DNA of 64,000 nt. Source: Chiloscyllium plagiosum. Lineage: Eukaryota. The notes below the pieces were generated by a model that made no database searches, was not told the origin of the DNA, and worked only from the letters and a program-made list of their open reading frames with translations. Below are positions 13,588 through 25,730 of the stretch, one piece after another. How positions within the stretch are numbered: position 1 is the first letter of the stretch; each line of letters opens with the position of its first letter. Position numbers and translations under genes: made by a program. Location: NCBI RefSeq assembly GCF_004010195.1, contig NC_057719.1, positions 83,788,827 through 83,852,826 on the forward strand, in the 5' to 3' direction.

Positions 13588-16500
13588 TATATTGGGGAAT
13601 GTGCCTGGACAGGTGATCAAAGTTTCAGTGGGGAGCATTTTGGGAACAGTGATCATAGTTCCATAATTTGAAGACAGTTATAAATATGGGTAAGACTGGT
13701 CCTTGGGTGAAAGTGCTAAACTGAGAAAAGACTAAATACAATAGTATTAGGCAGGAACTGGAAAAACTAGATTGGGGTACTTGTAGGAGGGTAAATCCAC
13801 ATCGGATGTGGGAGTCTTTTAAACGCCAGTTGATCAGAGTTCAGGACCAGCATCTTTCTGTGTGGATGGAAGTGAGTATGGCAAGATTTGGGAAGCTTAC
13901 ACGACAAGAAATATTGAAAGGCTAGTCAAAAAAGAAAAGGAAGCACATGTAAAGTTTAGGAAACTGAAATCAAACAAAGCTCTTGAGGAGCTAAAAGAAG
14001 CAGAAAAGATCTTAAATAAAGAATTTAGGAGAGCTAGAGGGGCCTTGAAATGTCTTGGGCGAGTAGGATTAGGGAGAATCCCAAGGCATTTATAAGTATA
14101 TTAGAGGGTAGCTAGGGAAAGGGCAGGTCCATTCAAAGACAAAGGAGAGAATTCATGTGTGGAGTCAAAGAAAGTGGGTGAGGTCCTTAATGAGTACTTT
14201 GCGTCAGTATTCACCAAAGAGGAGGACACAAATGATAATAGGATTAGAGTGGGTACGTTGGTATTCTAGGGCATGTTGATATTAAGAAGGAGTTTGGTGT
14301 TGGGTGCCCTGAAGAACATTAAGGTAGATAAGACCCCAGGGTCTGATGGGATCTATCGTAAAATACTGAAGGAGAGAAGGAAGGAAACTGCTGGTGCCCT
14401 GATAGAGATCTTTGAATCCTCTTTAGCAACAGGCGACGTCCCAAACACTGGAGAATAGCCAATATTTTTCCTTGTTTAAGAGTCGAAAAGGGATAATCCA
14501 GGAAATTATAGGTCATTAAGCCTTAGATCAGTGGTAGTAAAATTATTGGAGAAGATCCTTAGAGACATGATTTATTCACATTTGGAGATAAATAGTCTTA
14601 TTAGGGACAGTCAGTATGGTTTTATGCAAGGAGGTCTTGTCTCACAACACTTTATTGACTTCTTTGAGGAAGTGATGAAAATGGTGGATGAGCACAGGGC
14701 AGCGGTTGTTGTTTATATAGACTTTGCTAAAGTATTTGACAAGCTCTCTCATGGTAGGTCGGTCCAGAAGATTAAGTTGTATGGAATCCAGTTGGTAAGT
14801 TGGTAAGCTGGATGCAAAATTGGCTTGGTCATAGAAGGTAGGTAGTTGTGGAGGGCTCTTTTTCTGACTGGAGGTCAGTGAGCAGTCGTGTCCTACAAGG
14901 ATCAGTGCCGAGACCTCTGTTTTATGTATATATATATATAAACTATTTGGATGAAAATGTAGGTGGCCTGATTAGTAAGTCTGCAGCTGATGTGAAAATT
15001 GGATATTGAGGAAGGTCATAACAGGACACAGCAGGATATCAGTCAGTTGAAGAGTTGTGAGGTGAAATGGCAGATGAAATTTAATCTGGACAAGCGTGAG
15101 GTGGATGCATTTTGGAAGATTAAATGCAAGAAGAAAGTATAAAATAAATGGAAGGACATTTAGGAGCATTGATATACATAGGGATTTTGGGATGCGAGTC
15201 CATAGCTCCCTGAAAGTGGCAACATAAGTAGACAAGGTGGTAAAGAAGTTGTAGGGCATGATTGCCTGCATCAGTTGGGTCACCGAGTAAAGAAGTTGCA
15301 ACTCATGTTGTAGCTATATAAAATTTCAGTTAGGCCACATTTGGAATATTGTTTACAGTTCTGGTTGTCGCACTTTTGGAAGGATGTGGAGGCTTCGGAG
15401 AGAGTGCAAAGAGAGGTTCACCAGGATATTGCCTGGATTGGAGTGTCTTGGCTATAAGGAGAGGTTGGACTGTTTCACTAGAGCATCGGAGACTGAAGGG
15501 TGACTTGATAGAAGCATGTAAAAATTATGAGAGGTATGAATAAGGTTCAAATGTCAAATGTCAGGCAGTATAGGTTTAACGGAGAAGAAAATGCTTAAAG
15601 GAGATGAGTGAGGCAAGTTTCATTTTTCCACACAGAGGTTAGTAGGTGCTTGAAACAAACTACCAGGGAGGTGACAGAAGCAGAGACTAGAGCAGTGTCT
15701 AAGATGCACTTTGACAAATGAACTGGCAGAGAAAGAAGAATATGGACCATGTACGGGCAGATGGGATTAGTTTAGAATAGCACCATGGTTGGCAGAGACA
15801 CAGTGGACTGAAGGATCTGTTCCTGTGCTGTACTGTTCTATGTGTTGTGTTCTATATGTAACATTCACTTGGAATTCTTGCTTTTGTGGCTTTCAGAATT
15901 TCTTCAGTCCAATTTTCTCCAGAGAGGTTTAGATTGTATGACAGTCTCCTTGCTACAGTAATATAAGTGCAGCTACTCATAGCTACTCTGGCTTGTTAAT
16001 TCAATTTGTCTTAATCTCATAACTTTGCCGTTGCAAGTGAAAAAAACTGCGAGCCCTATCACATAACACTTGCCATGTCAATTGGAGCAAGGGGAGGAAA
16101 ATTTATAACCATTGCGTGGCTCACCCTGTGATTCAGCTGCAACCTTCTAATCTGTTTAATTTTCCTTTTCAGTGGCCTTTAGCAACTCTGACCATTTTTG
16201 TGTTATTCTTTTAGTAGCTGTGCTTCTACAGGGCTCTTGAAAATTCAATCTCAGCTCTACTTCTACACACCATGTTATGTTTTAAATGAATACAAAGATG
16301 CCTGTAGTGTCTCATAATTAGAAGCTTACAAGATAATTGTCTGCAGTGAGTACCACATGGAATATGTCACATGACTACAGCAAGCCAAGAAGGACATTAG
16401 TACAGTATTACAAACAATGGTGAACTAGCAACTTCTCACTGCAACTACAGATGAATAAATGCCGGCTTTGACTGCGATCGCATTTCTAGAAATGAATGAA

Positions 16501-16854
16501 AGTTGCAAAAAGGTAGGAGACGACATTGGAAAAGATTGAGAGAGGTTAAATGAGGATGCTACCTGGTACTGAGATCAAGAATTGCATTTCTCTAGCACCT
16601 TGCATAACCTCAGTATGTTTCAAAGGACTGCTGAGTTAATGAAGTAATTTTAACTGGGCTAAAATTAAAGCTGAAGGATGGTGTTGAACTAGAGCATGGC
16701 TGGTTGCCATGGTGCAGAACGCAATGGGTGGAAGCTTCCTGTTTTTAAAGGTTAGAATCACAACCCAGTTTGATGATGCCTGCTCACTCGCTTGTGCATC
16801 CTTAGCAAATCAAAAGGGCTCCCTCTGAGAATGTTGTTCTGTTACGATAGTGGA

Positions 16855-17067
16855 GAAAGTGAGGACTGCAGATGCTGGACTACCAGAGTTGAAAAATGTG
16901 GTGCTGGAAAAACACAGCAGGCCAGGCAGCATCCTGGAAAACAGATTTCTCCAGCTTCCTCATTTCCCCTCCCCCCACCTTATCTCAGTCCCAACCCCCG
17001 GATTCAATTCTCCTGCTCCTCGGATGCTGCCTGGTCTGCTGTGTTTTCCAGCACCACATTTTTCAAC
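16855..17067. mobile_element. PLE family A element, inverted-repeat form
   Basis: A 17-bp direct repeat tctgttacgatagtgga lies at 16838-16854 and 17068-17084. Inverted arms of about 50 bp lie at 16885-16934 and 17022-17070. Confidence 0.85.
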
Positions 17068-18489
17068 TCTGTTACGATAGTGGACAGGACATGAATACAG
17101 AGGCCAATTGAACAGTCTGCAGCAATGTCCTGCCAATGGCCTCACTGAGACGAGCTGGGTGCTGCGGTGGCAGGCAGGAGAAGATGAGGGTACCTCACGG
17201 TGGAGCTTTGGAAGAAGTTCACATTATTTCTGACCATCGCTACCAGGCCATCAGCTTGGAGGCTGCCTCCGCAACCTGCCAAAGGTTTGCTCCATAGTGT
17301 GAGAGCCATCTGCCAATGGTAAGATCCCATTGGGCATCCACAATCTGGCCCCAAGTGTCACGGAGCATGTAGCCTTTTCCACTGCTGGCCAACCTCCAGC
17401 AAGAGTGAGCATAAGCAGAGGCACAAGCGGTAATGTTAAAATTCCCCACCCGTCCACCACCAAAGTCATTTCTGCACGACAAGTACAGTTCTGCTCTCTG
17501 AGTCAGTGCCTTTACACCAGTGGAGAAAGTGGAAAGGAAACACGCAAAACCATTCCTTCATTAGCAGTGTTCAAAAAGAAATATGTTGCTGAGTGTGGGG
17601 AGGTGGGGGCCGAGGAAGTGCAATGGGCTTTCAACATAAGCTCAGCTCTAAGCTCACACTGGAATGTTTAGCAAAAAGGCCTGTTTCGCACCAAGAGCTC
17701 TGTCTGCAGTTGAATCTGTGGGGCAGATCGATGCCTCCCCATTTACACAGCAGCTGAGAGAAGAAAGCAGAGCCTCTCCCAAATATTTCCAGCTGAATGC
17801 AATTATATAAGCTCTCCAGCAGCTATTAAACCTTTGTGATAGCCGCCTCTAAACCCCTTTAATTCCTGTTCTGTGTGTACTCACAATAGGGCTGTTTACT
17901 GATAATCACTGGAGGGCTACACTTCATCAAAAGCTCAATTTGACTGCATTAAGCAAATAATGGCAAATGCAAGTTTCTCACTCCAATTGCAGTGAAAAGA
18001 TTTTAATAATTTACATACTCAGACCCCAACTTACTGCCTGTTCTACTAACACCCTGACATTTACCAGTGTGCTTATCTCACCCTAAAACTCACTGTCTGT
18101 TCTCACATTCTGACTGTCAGTGCCTGCTCTGCTCACATTTAGACTCTCACAGATCTTTGATTCGTGTGTGCTCAAGTCGAAATTGAAATCTGAACTCACA
18201 GCCGGACTCTCAACAGGCACTACGCTCTCATAGATCAGAGAGTAAGAAACCGAGGATTAGCGAGGACTTGGTGGGAAGGGGTAAGGCAAGTGAAGGTCAG
18301 TGATGTACTGCATAAAGTGCACCAAAAAATGCAATGAGGATTTCAAAGGAGTTGAATCGTTATGTTATTTATTCAGGCAGGAAGACCTTTTCTGAGGATA
18401 AGGCCTGGGTAATATGTTTCACAAACTTATTGATTCAGAAATGGAATGAAGAAAGCATAAGCAGGCTGAAGAGGCACTGCATGATAAGG

Positions 18490-19450
18490 GGCACGCACAC
18501 GCGCGCGTACACACACACACACACACATACGGAGCCATGTGCAAACAGGCGCAAACTCTGACAGACAAATACATACAATGGCGCACAAGACAGACAGATG
18601 TGCGAACACAGAAACCTACACAGTGAGACACCTCACACCCTCCCACACAGCCACTACACATTCAAAGATTGACACCCCACCCATAAAAATACACCCTGAC
18701 AGACATAAATACAGGCAGAAATATACAATACAAACACACACACCAACTTTAGACAGATACATGCAGTGACATACAAACACATAGACAACTACACATGCAA
18801 GTGTACAAACAGAAATGTACAGAGGAGCATAAAAGACACAGACAACCTCCTGCCGCCTTCTCCTCCCCCAACACACACATAAATGAAGATTGACAAACAC
18901 AGACAGCCACACCCACAGGCAGACATGCACACAGCCACAAAGTTACAGACTGACACACAAATACCTGGAGTTACACACATAAACACACCCTCCCACAAAT
19001 AAAGTGAAATGCATACAGACACACACATATAGGCACCACCCTCACATGTCACACACAGATACCAATTCACAGAGATAGATACACAAAGAGTCAGAAAGAC
19101 ATACATAGAGACAGATATTCACACGCGCAGTGTTGGATTCATCACTAAGACACATACCCATACATAGAGATAGATAGAGACTTACAGACTTGCATCTACA
19201 GTTAGACACGTACACAGCCACAGATAGAGCTGCACAAACCTATAGATTGGATTACATACACAGAACACAGTCACATTCAAATCCTAAAACAGATAAACAT
19301 GTACACATAAAGCATTGTTCGTGTACACAATAGAACGCAGTCACAGAGAGAGGTACACGCAACTCTCATACACAAACATGCATGTACACATGTACACCAA
19401 TAGAAAGACAGGCATGCACACTCTCAATCTCTTAAAAGCAAACACACAAA
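18490..19450. repeat. (CA)n-rich low-complexity region
   Basis: Degenerate CA/CAGA runs, which account for the many Cys/Val-rich spurious ORFs here. Confidence 0.9.
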
Positions 19451-19549
19451 ATGTCAAAAAGATATTTGTGGCAGAGCTACAGTGCAGAGCAGGTTGTATT
19501 TCTGTTTTTATTCAATATGGTAGAGGGAGCAGAATACTGAAACCAGATA

Positions 19550-20050
19550 GAGTGACTCAGTCCTGAGCGCACTCGGCCGACGTCTACTTTGCTCTGTCCA
19601 GTGACCAGCAGCTTCCCTCGCTGTAAAAGGAATTGCTGGCACCTTCCCGCTCGACAATGAACGTCGCCATTGTCTGCCTCATTCACACTGCGGTTCCTCC
19701 GTGCACCTGCTCCTTGCTGCTGTGCTGAATAACCCATCCACTCTCGCACGCTTCAGCCGCCAACCCCGCTGAGCTTTCCCATCCAACTCGCTGCTGGGGG
19801 GGGGAGCGCGTGTGGGAGGTCACGTGACGTCAGTGGCCTGTCTTCCCATCTTCTCACGGTGTCCGTGGTCATGGTTTCTTTTCTCCCCCAGGAGGCAGAT
19901 GTGCAGCATTCCCATGCTTTGTTCCCCAGTCTGCAACCCTCCCCCACCAGCCAGGGATTAAACCAATCAATGCAGGAAGGGTGTGAGAGCCAAGGAGGCC
20001 ACATGTGCCTGAGTTTATAGCCTGAATGCCCACGCTCAGATGTAAGTCAG
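19550..20050. promoter_or_regulatory. CpG-enriched candidate enhancer/promoter
   Basis: AP-1 TGACTCA at 19553-19559, GTCACGTGAC at 19819-19828 overlapping CRE TGACGTCA at 19825-19832, and CCAAT at 19963-19967, with locally retained CpGs. Confidence 0.5.
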
Positions 20051-21338
20051 GTTCCACCAGTGAATAGAAATACTGGCATAATGGTACACAGGGCTCACGC
20101 TGAAGGGAAAGAGCTGATAGGGAGAGTAGGAGGGAGGCAGAGAGACACAGCACTACAGGAAATGGAAGCACATGAATCAAGGGCTCGGTTGGGTATACCT
20201 GCTTAATCTCCTTGAATTACTATACATTGGACGGACTGAGAATCTGAAGCATTTGAGGAGCAAACAAAGGACTCATTACTTTGACTGCAGTTGTGGGACA
20301 CTCCTACAAGTGTTGCTGATTCAAAGAGTTTGAGTGTTAGCCTCTGAATGGACTGCATGAAAATCCTAATTGGTAATTAGGTCAGCAAAGACAGGCCGAG
20401 GGCAATTTCCTTATGAAAGGGGGGGTCTCATTTTACTGCCCTGTAGCCCACCCGTGTTCCCCACCCACTCCCCTCCATGTACTTGCCTCGACCTTTTGTT
20501 AATGCGTGGCTTTCAGTGATGCATTGTGATGCTCTGTCAGCACTGTGAAGGGAAGGGAGAGAACAGCACAGTCCATTAGCTGCTGCTCCCTGAGCTTCTC
20601 ATCGCTAATTAATCTCTGTTGCTCGGCCTCTCAATGCAGAATGCACTCTGCCCCCTGTGTTCAGTCTGTACAAATCTCCAAGATTTAGACAGTGGAGTGA
20701 GGGGGGGGGGGGGGGAAGAGAAACTCTTTTCTGCCAGCTGTGGCTACCTTGGTGACCACCAACCAATGGCAAGCTCTGAATCTGCTTGCCTTATCTTTAA
20801 ATGAAGTGAACTAAAACACTGAGAATAGGCTGCGAGCTCTCAGCAGATCGGCAACTTACAGGCATTGACATTTCAAGTGTGGATTCTTTATCTCAACTGA
20901 TTAAAATAACACTTCTTTGTACTTGTCCCTCTCAGGAGATTTATATATTTTTAGCTCTGTTCTCTTTGGATATTAGGTAGAGGGAGATCATGATTTATTA
21001 TTTCCATTTGAACTTGCAAAGTCTGTTCCCGCCTTCCCTACAACGTTGTGTTTGAAGAAGATAGAGGGAGAATGTTGAGGACACAGGAGATGAGAACTAA
21101 ACAGAGGGAAACACCAGCAGATGTGGAAGAATCCATGAAAAGACAAACAGAATTGACCTTTTTGTGCTGAATATGATTCTTCTTTGGAACTGCACGGGAA
21201 TCACTCCAAATCAGATTTTTGCACCTGCCACAGTATTAAACTGCTCTTATCACAGTCAGAAATGGTCTTCAACTTCTCCTTGCCCTATTTCTAATCATAT
21301 GTGGGACGTATGTGTCGCTGGCTGGGCTAGCATTTATT

Positions 21339-21465
21339 AGGCAAAAGTGAGGACTGCAGATGCTGGAAACCAGAGTTTAGATCAGAGTGGTGTTGGAAAA
21401 GCACAGCAGGTCAGGCAGCATCCGAGGAGCAGCAAAATCGACGTTTTGGGCAAAAGCCCTTCATC
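21339..21465 (-). mobile_element. PLE family A element (single arm)
   Basis: TSD agcatttatt at 21329-21338 and 21466-21475. The hammerhead on the minus strand has G12>A. Confidence 0.85.
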
Positions 21466-21636
21466 AGCATTTATTGCCGGTCCCCAGTTGCCCTTCAAAA
21501 GGTGCTTGTGCTGTGGGTTGACCACACAATGCCAATAGGGAGGGAATTCTAGCTCAATCGATCTGAAGTTTCGTTTGATCACACCATCCTGCAAAACCAG
21601 TCCACTGCTGGCCAGCTGGGTGGATCTGTTCTCAAC

Positions 21637-21767
21637 ATTCCTGCTGAAGGGCTTATATCCGAAACGTCAACTGTACTGCTCCTCGGATGCTGCCTGACCT
21701 GCTGTGCTTTTCCAGCGCCCCACACGTTTTGACTCTGATCTCCAGCATCTGCAGTCCTCACTTTCTG
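21637..21767 (+). mobile_element. PLE family A element (single arm)
   Basis: TSD ctgttctcaac at 21626-21636 and 21768-21778. The core reads CUGCUGA (A6>C). Confidence 0.85.
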
Positions 21768-21802
21768 CTGTTCTCAACCTGTTTCCATTCTTATCTATCT
21801 AA

Positions 21803-22017
21803 TGTCAGAAATCAGACATCACCGGCTTATAGTCTAACAGGTTGATTTGAAATCACACACTGTCGAAGCGCTGCCCTCATCATCTGAACGTCAGGTGACG
21901 TTCAGATGATGAGGGAGAACCACTCTGAAAGCTTGTGATTTCAAATAAACCTGTTGGATGATAACCTGATGTTGTGTGACTTCTGACCTTGTCCACCCCA
22001 GTCCAACATCGGCATCA
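21803..22017. mobile_element. PLE family B element, palindromic
   Basis: Homologous to 10037-10217, with inverted arms around a perfect 20-bp central palindrome at 21874-21915. Confidence 0.8.
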
Positions 22018-22520
22018 CTATACTATATCTACCTAACCGTAGCAAGAGAATCACTTGCAGTGACTTCTTTTCGTGTTCCTGCCCCATTGACCTCTGGCCT
22101 CACCATGGATCTATCTCTGAACCACTCTCCTAATTCCTATTTCAAAAGCTGTGCCTTGACAATGATTATCAAAGGCACAATGTTAGTTTTCACACGTACC
22201 CTGATGACGTCCAACTCTACCTTACCATCATCATTCTGATAAATTACCAGACTCCGTTTTTCCAACATCCAATACTGGATGAGCTTGACATTTCCTCCAA
22301 ATAAATGACTTCAGTTTTGCCGGTATTATTTCAGTCAGCACTCCAGACATTAGATTTATATTTATTTAATATATTTACACTTGTATTTAGGTGCAGTCAC
22401 CACGTTGCTGCACTACCTTGGATTATAGAATAAATTGCTGGATAAATTGCTCAATAAATTAATATTAAGTTGATATTACTAAAACTAATACAGCTTTGAA
22501 AGTTCACCTTTCTCTTTCTA

Positions 22521-22728
22521 GAAGGTGAGGGCTTCAGGTGCTTGTAGGTTAGCGTCGAGAGTGTGGTGGTGCTGGAAAAGCACAGCAGGTCAGCAGCATC
22601 CAAGGAGCAGGAGAATCGACATTTCGGGCATAAGTCCTAATGAAAGGTTTATGCCTGAAACGTTGACTCTCCCGCTCTTTGGATGCTGCCTGACCAGCTG
22701 TGCTTTTCCAGCACCATGCTCTTCGACA
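22521..22728. mobile_element. PLE family A element, inverted-repeat form
   Basis: It reads gtgctggaaaagcacagcagg ... ctgtgcttttccagcac, and two degenerate hammerhead halves meet at the centre (~22635). Confidence 0.8.
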
Positions 22729-23545
22729 TCCTTCCCTCTCTGTAGACTTCACCCTCTCTGCTGCTCCAGTCGCCGATGTCCAATATTGCCCTTGGGCTCC
22801 TGGCAATGTGCTCCTTTTCTGCTGCCACTGACACTGTCACTCCCACAACTGCCTCAGAGTTGGAGATAGTCATTCTGCGTGGGTCCCACATCTCCTCTGA
22901 CAGATAGACATCAACTGGTGGGGTCCTGGCTCCAAGTCCACCAACGAGATCTTGCCTTGCCTTCCAACGTTGCCACCCGGGATGAAGTAGGGATGGAGAT
23001 ACACGGGGCCTTAGCCACATCAGGAGGTGGCCCGAGGGCAACTAAACTAAAAAAGCCATTATTCTCTAGCTACTGACTCCATCCCCTCTTCTGGGCAGGA
23101 GTCCGAGGTAAGCCAGTCTCCCTGCAAAATTGCTGCTGCATTTGCTCCCAAGCTTCTTAACTCATCTTTGTGTCATCATTAAGGCACAACTCAGCCTTAA
23201 TCCAACTCTGCAACATCATCTGACACCACCCCAGTCTCAGCTCATCTGCTGCTGAAATCTTCACCTATGCCTGTACTTTCCGTAGACGTGGATATTCCTA
23301 CACTATCCGGTCTGGTTTCCCATGTCTACCCTCTGTTAACATGAGTTCATCTAAACTCTGCTGCCCGTGCCTCAGCTCTCAGCATATCTTCTTTCCCCCA
23401 TCACTGCATTTTCATTGACCTACATAAGCTCAATGTCAAGCAAAGTATTATTTTTTAAAATTCCCGTTCCTGCATTCTAATCCAGCCATTGGCCTTGTTT
23501 CACTTGACTAAAATTTCCTTCAATCCAACAACCCTCCACCACTCA

Positions 23546-23899
23546 GATTCATAGAATTCCTACAATGTGGAAGCAGGCCATTCAGTGCATCAAGTCCACA
23601 CTGACCCTCCAAACAGCAACGCACCCAGACTCACCCCCTACCTCATCCCTGCATTTTCCATGGCTAAGCCACCTTATCTGCCCATCCCTGGAAACGATAG
23701 GGCAATTCAGCATGGCATATATCCACCTAACCTGCACATCTTTGGACTGTGGGAGGAAACCGGAGCACCCGGAGGAAACAAACGTGGACCCAGGGACAAT
23801 GCACAAACTCAACATAGACAGTTGCCCGAAGCCAGAATCGAACCCGGGTCCCTGGCGCTGTGAGGCAGCAGTGCTGACCACTGAGCCACCGTGCTACCC
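23546..23899 (-). mobile_element. HE1-type V-SINE
   Basis: It has a tRNA-derived head with A/B boxes (GTGGTCAGCACTG; GGTTCGATTC), the V-domain GGTTTCCTCCCACAGTCCAAAGATGTGCAGG, and a CR1-like tail. Confidence 0.92.
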
Positions 23900-24649
23900 A
23901 ACTGAACTCATTCAAATATCAATCACCAAACCTGCTTGGTGCCTTCATCCATTCGGAAGGTTCTGAGAGTGAGAGAGAAGTACACCCAGGGCTCCCTAGA
24001 CAGCTCAAAGCTCAAAACCATTATCATTGAGAAGGAAAAGGGTTGCAAAACTTCATCAGCTGCAAGTTCTCCCCCAAGTCGCATACTGCCCTGACCGGAA
24101 AATATATTGTCACTGTCACTGGGTCAAAATTCTGCAAAACGTCCGTCCTAATAGCACTGTGGGTGCACTTGTACAAAACGGATTGCAAAGATTCAAGAAA
24201 GCAACACACCACCTCCTTCTCGAGGCGACTAAGAATGGATTATAAATGCTGGCCCAGCCAGCAATAACCACGTCCCTGTGAATGAACAAAACAAAAAGGG
24301 CCTGGACAGAGCCTGCTTCCTTTGTACCAGTACATTGCCAGCAATGTCTCACCAGAAGCAATCTTGCCTGCATCAGGAGATTGTGACTTCAAGTACCTTG
24401 CTGGCTCAAAGTACAGCTGACATACCAGTACAATACTGACAGGGGGATGCACTGTCCCTGAAGCTATCAGTCAGGCGGGATGTCAAACCTAGGAGCAATG
24501 CAGATTCAGAAGCAAGGATCAGATGTCAAACGGAAGAGTAAGGGTGATTTGAAAACCCAGGATGAAAGTTAAAGATTGAAGTGTGATTCATTTAGCAGCC
24601 AAAATCACTAAAACAAATTATCTGATAATCACACAGTTGTGGTTTGCTG

Positions 24650-25730
24650 CTGTCAGCTGTGGTTCAAGTAGCACTCTCGCCTGTGAGTCAGAGCACTGTG
24701 GGTTCATGTCTCACTCCAGAAATTTGTGCACAAAACCCTAGATTGACACTCACGTGCTGTACTGGGAAAGGAAAATACTGTGGCTGCTGGAAATTTTAAA
24801 TTAAAAACAGAAAGTGCTAGAAAAGCTCAGCAGGTCTGACAGCATCTGTGGAGAGAGAAACAGAGTTGATTTTTCAGATCAGTGACCTTTCATCAGAACT
24901 GTGACTGTCAGACCTGCAGAATATTTCCAGGTTTTCTGTTTTTAATTACACACCGAGCAAGTGCTATACTTTGAGATGAGTTATTTCGGATGAGATATTA
25001 TACTGAGATTTCATCCAATCTGCACAGTGGACATAAAACATGGACATAGCCATATTCTACAGAGCATGAGGGGTATAAACAGAGTGAATACCAAGGGTCT
25101 TTTCCCTAAGGTGGGGGAATTCAAAACTAGGCAGCATATTTTTAAGGAGAGAGGAGAATGTTTTAAAGAGGACATGAGGGGTAACCTTTTTCCACAGAGG
25201 GTAGTCCATGTGTGGAATGAACGGGCAGAGGAAGTAGTGGATATGGGTACAATTGCAACATTTAAAAGACATTTGGATAAGTACGTGGAAAGGAAAGGTC
25301 AGCACATTTCATCAGTCCTGATGCTGCCTGACCTGCTGTGCTTTTCTCCAGCTCAACTCTTTATCCACTCTGACTCTCCAGCATCTACAGTTCTCACTAT
25401 CTCCTCGTTTAATTTGGGAACATGGACTAATTGGACCGAAGGGCCTGTTTCTGTAATGTGCAACTCTCTGAACAGGAAAGTTATCTCTGGTGTCTGGCCG
25501 ATACTTATTCCTCAGTAACAACAGAGGAACAGATATGATATGATCATTATCATAGACAGTGTGTGCGCGCGCGAGGTGGGGGGGAGGGGGGGGGGGCTTG
25601 CTCCATGCAAATTGACTGCCACATTTTGTACATTACAGCCCTGACTACGCTTCACAATGTACTTAACTGGCTTTAAAAAATGCTTTAGGATGCTTTGAGA
25701 TTGTAAAAGGTGCTATATAAATGCAAACTA
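24650..25730 (+). mobile_element. Deu-domain SINE split by nested PLE and CR1 insertions
   Basis: The head is at ~24650-24765 and the tail ggtgctatataaatgcaa at ~25710. Inserts are a PLE at 24770-24945 and a CR1 3' end at 25060-25470, the latter carrying a family A copy at 25311-25404. Confidence 0.7.
24770..24945 (-). mobile_element. PLE family D element (older relative of family A)
   Basis: The minus strand reads GUU CUGAUGA A AGGUCA c UGAUCU GAAA aau c AAC, a hammerhead remnant. Related copies lie at 27515-27645, 31970-32050 and 59420-59520. Confidence 0.65.

Larger units (their letters stand above)
11985..15855 (+). mobile_element. CR1 LINE ORF2 (endonuclease + RT), degenerate, interrupted by two Tigger MITEs
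   Basis: ORF fragments include KVDKTPGSDGIY, KLLEKILRDMIYSHLE..SQYGF and VVYIDFAKVFDK, and the tail is ctgtactgttctatg. Confidence 0.92.

Noticed and set aside
16855..17067. DNA-transposon MITE or pre-miRNA interpretation of the hairpin elements
   Set aside because: Asymmetric arms, long variable TSDs and hammerhead cores in sibling copies indicate a PLE origin. No known miRNA sequence was recognised.
18334..19566. Multiple overlapping ORFs
   Set aside because: They are products of (CA)n low-complexity sequence.
19477..19749. 90-aa ORF and a short ATG ORF (MATFIVEREG...) in the CpG block
   Set aside because: No recognisable domain or splice pattern. The GC content explains the open frames.
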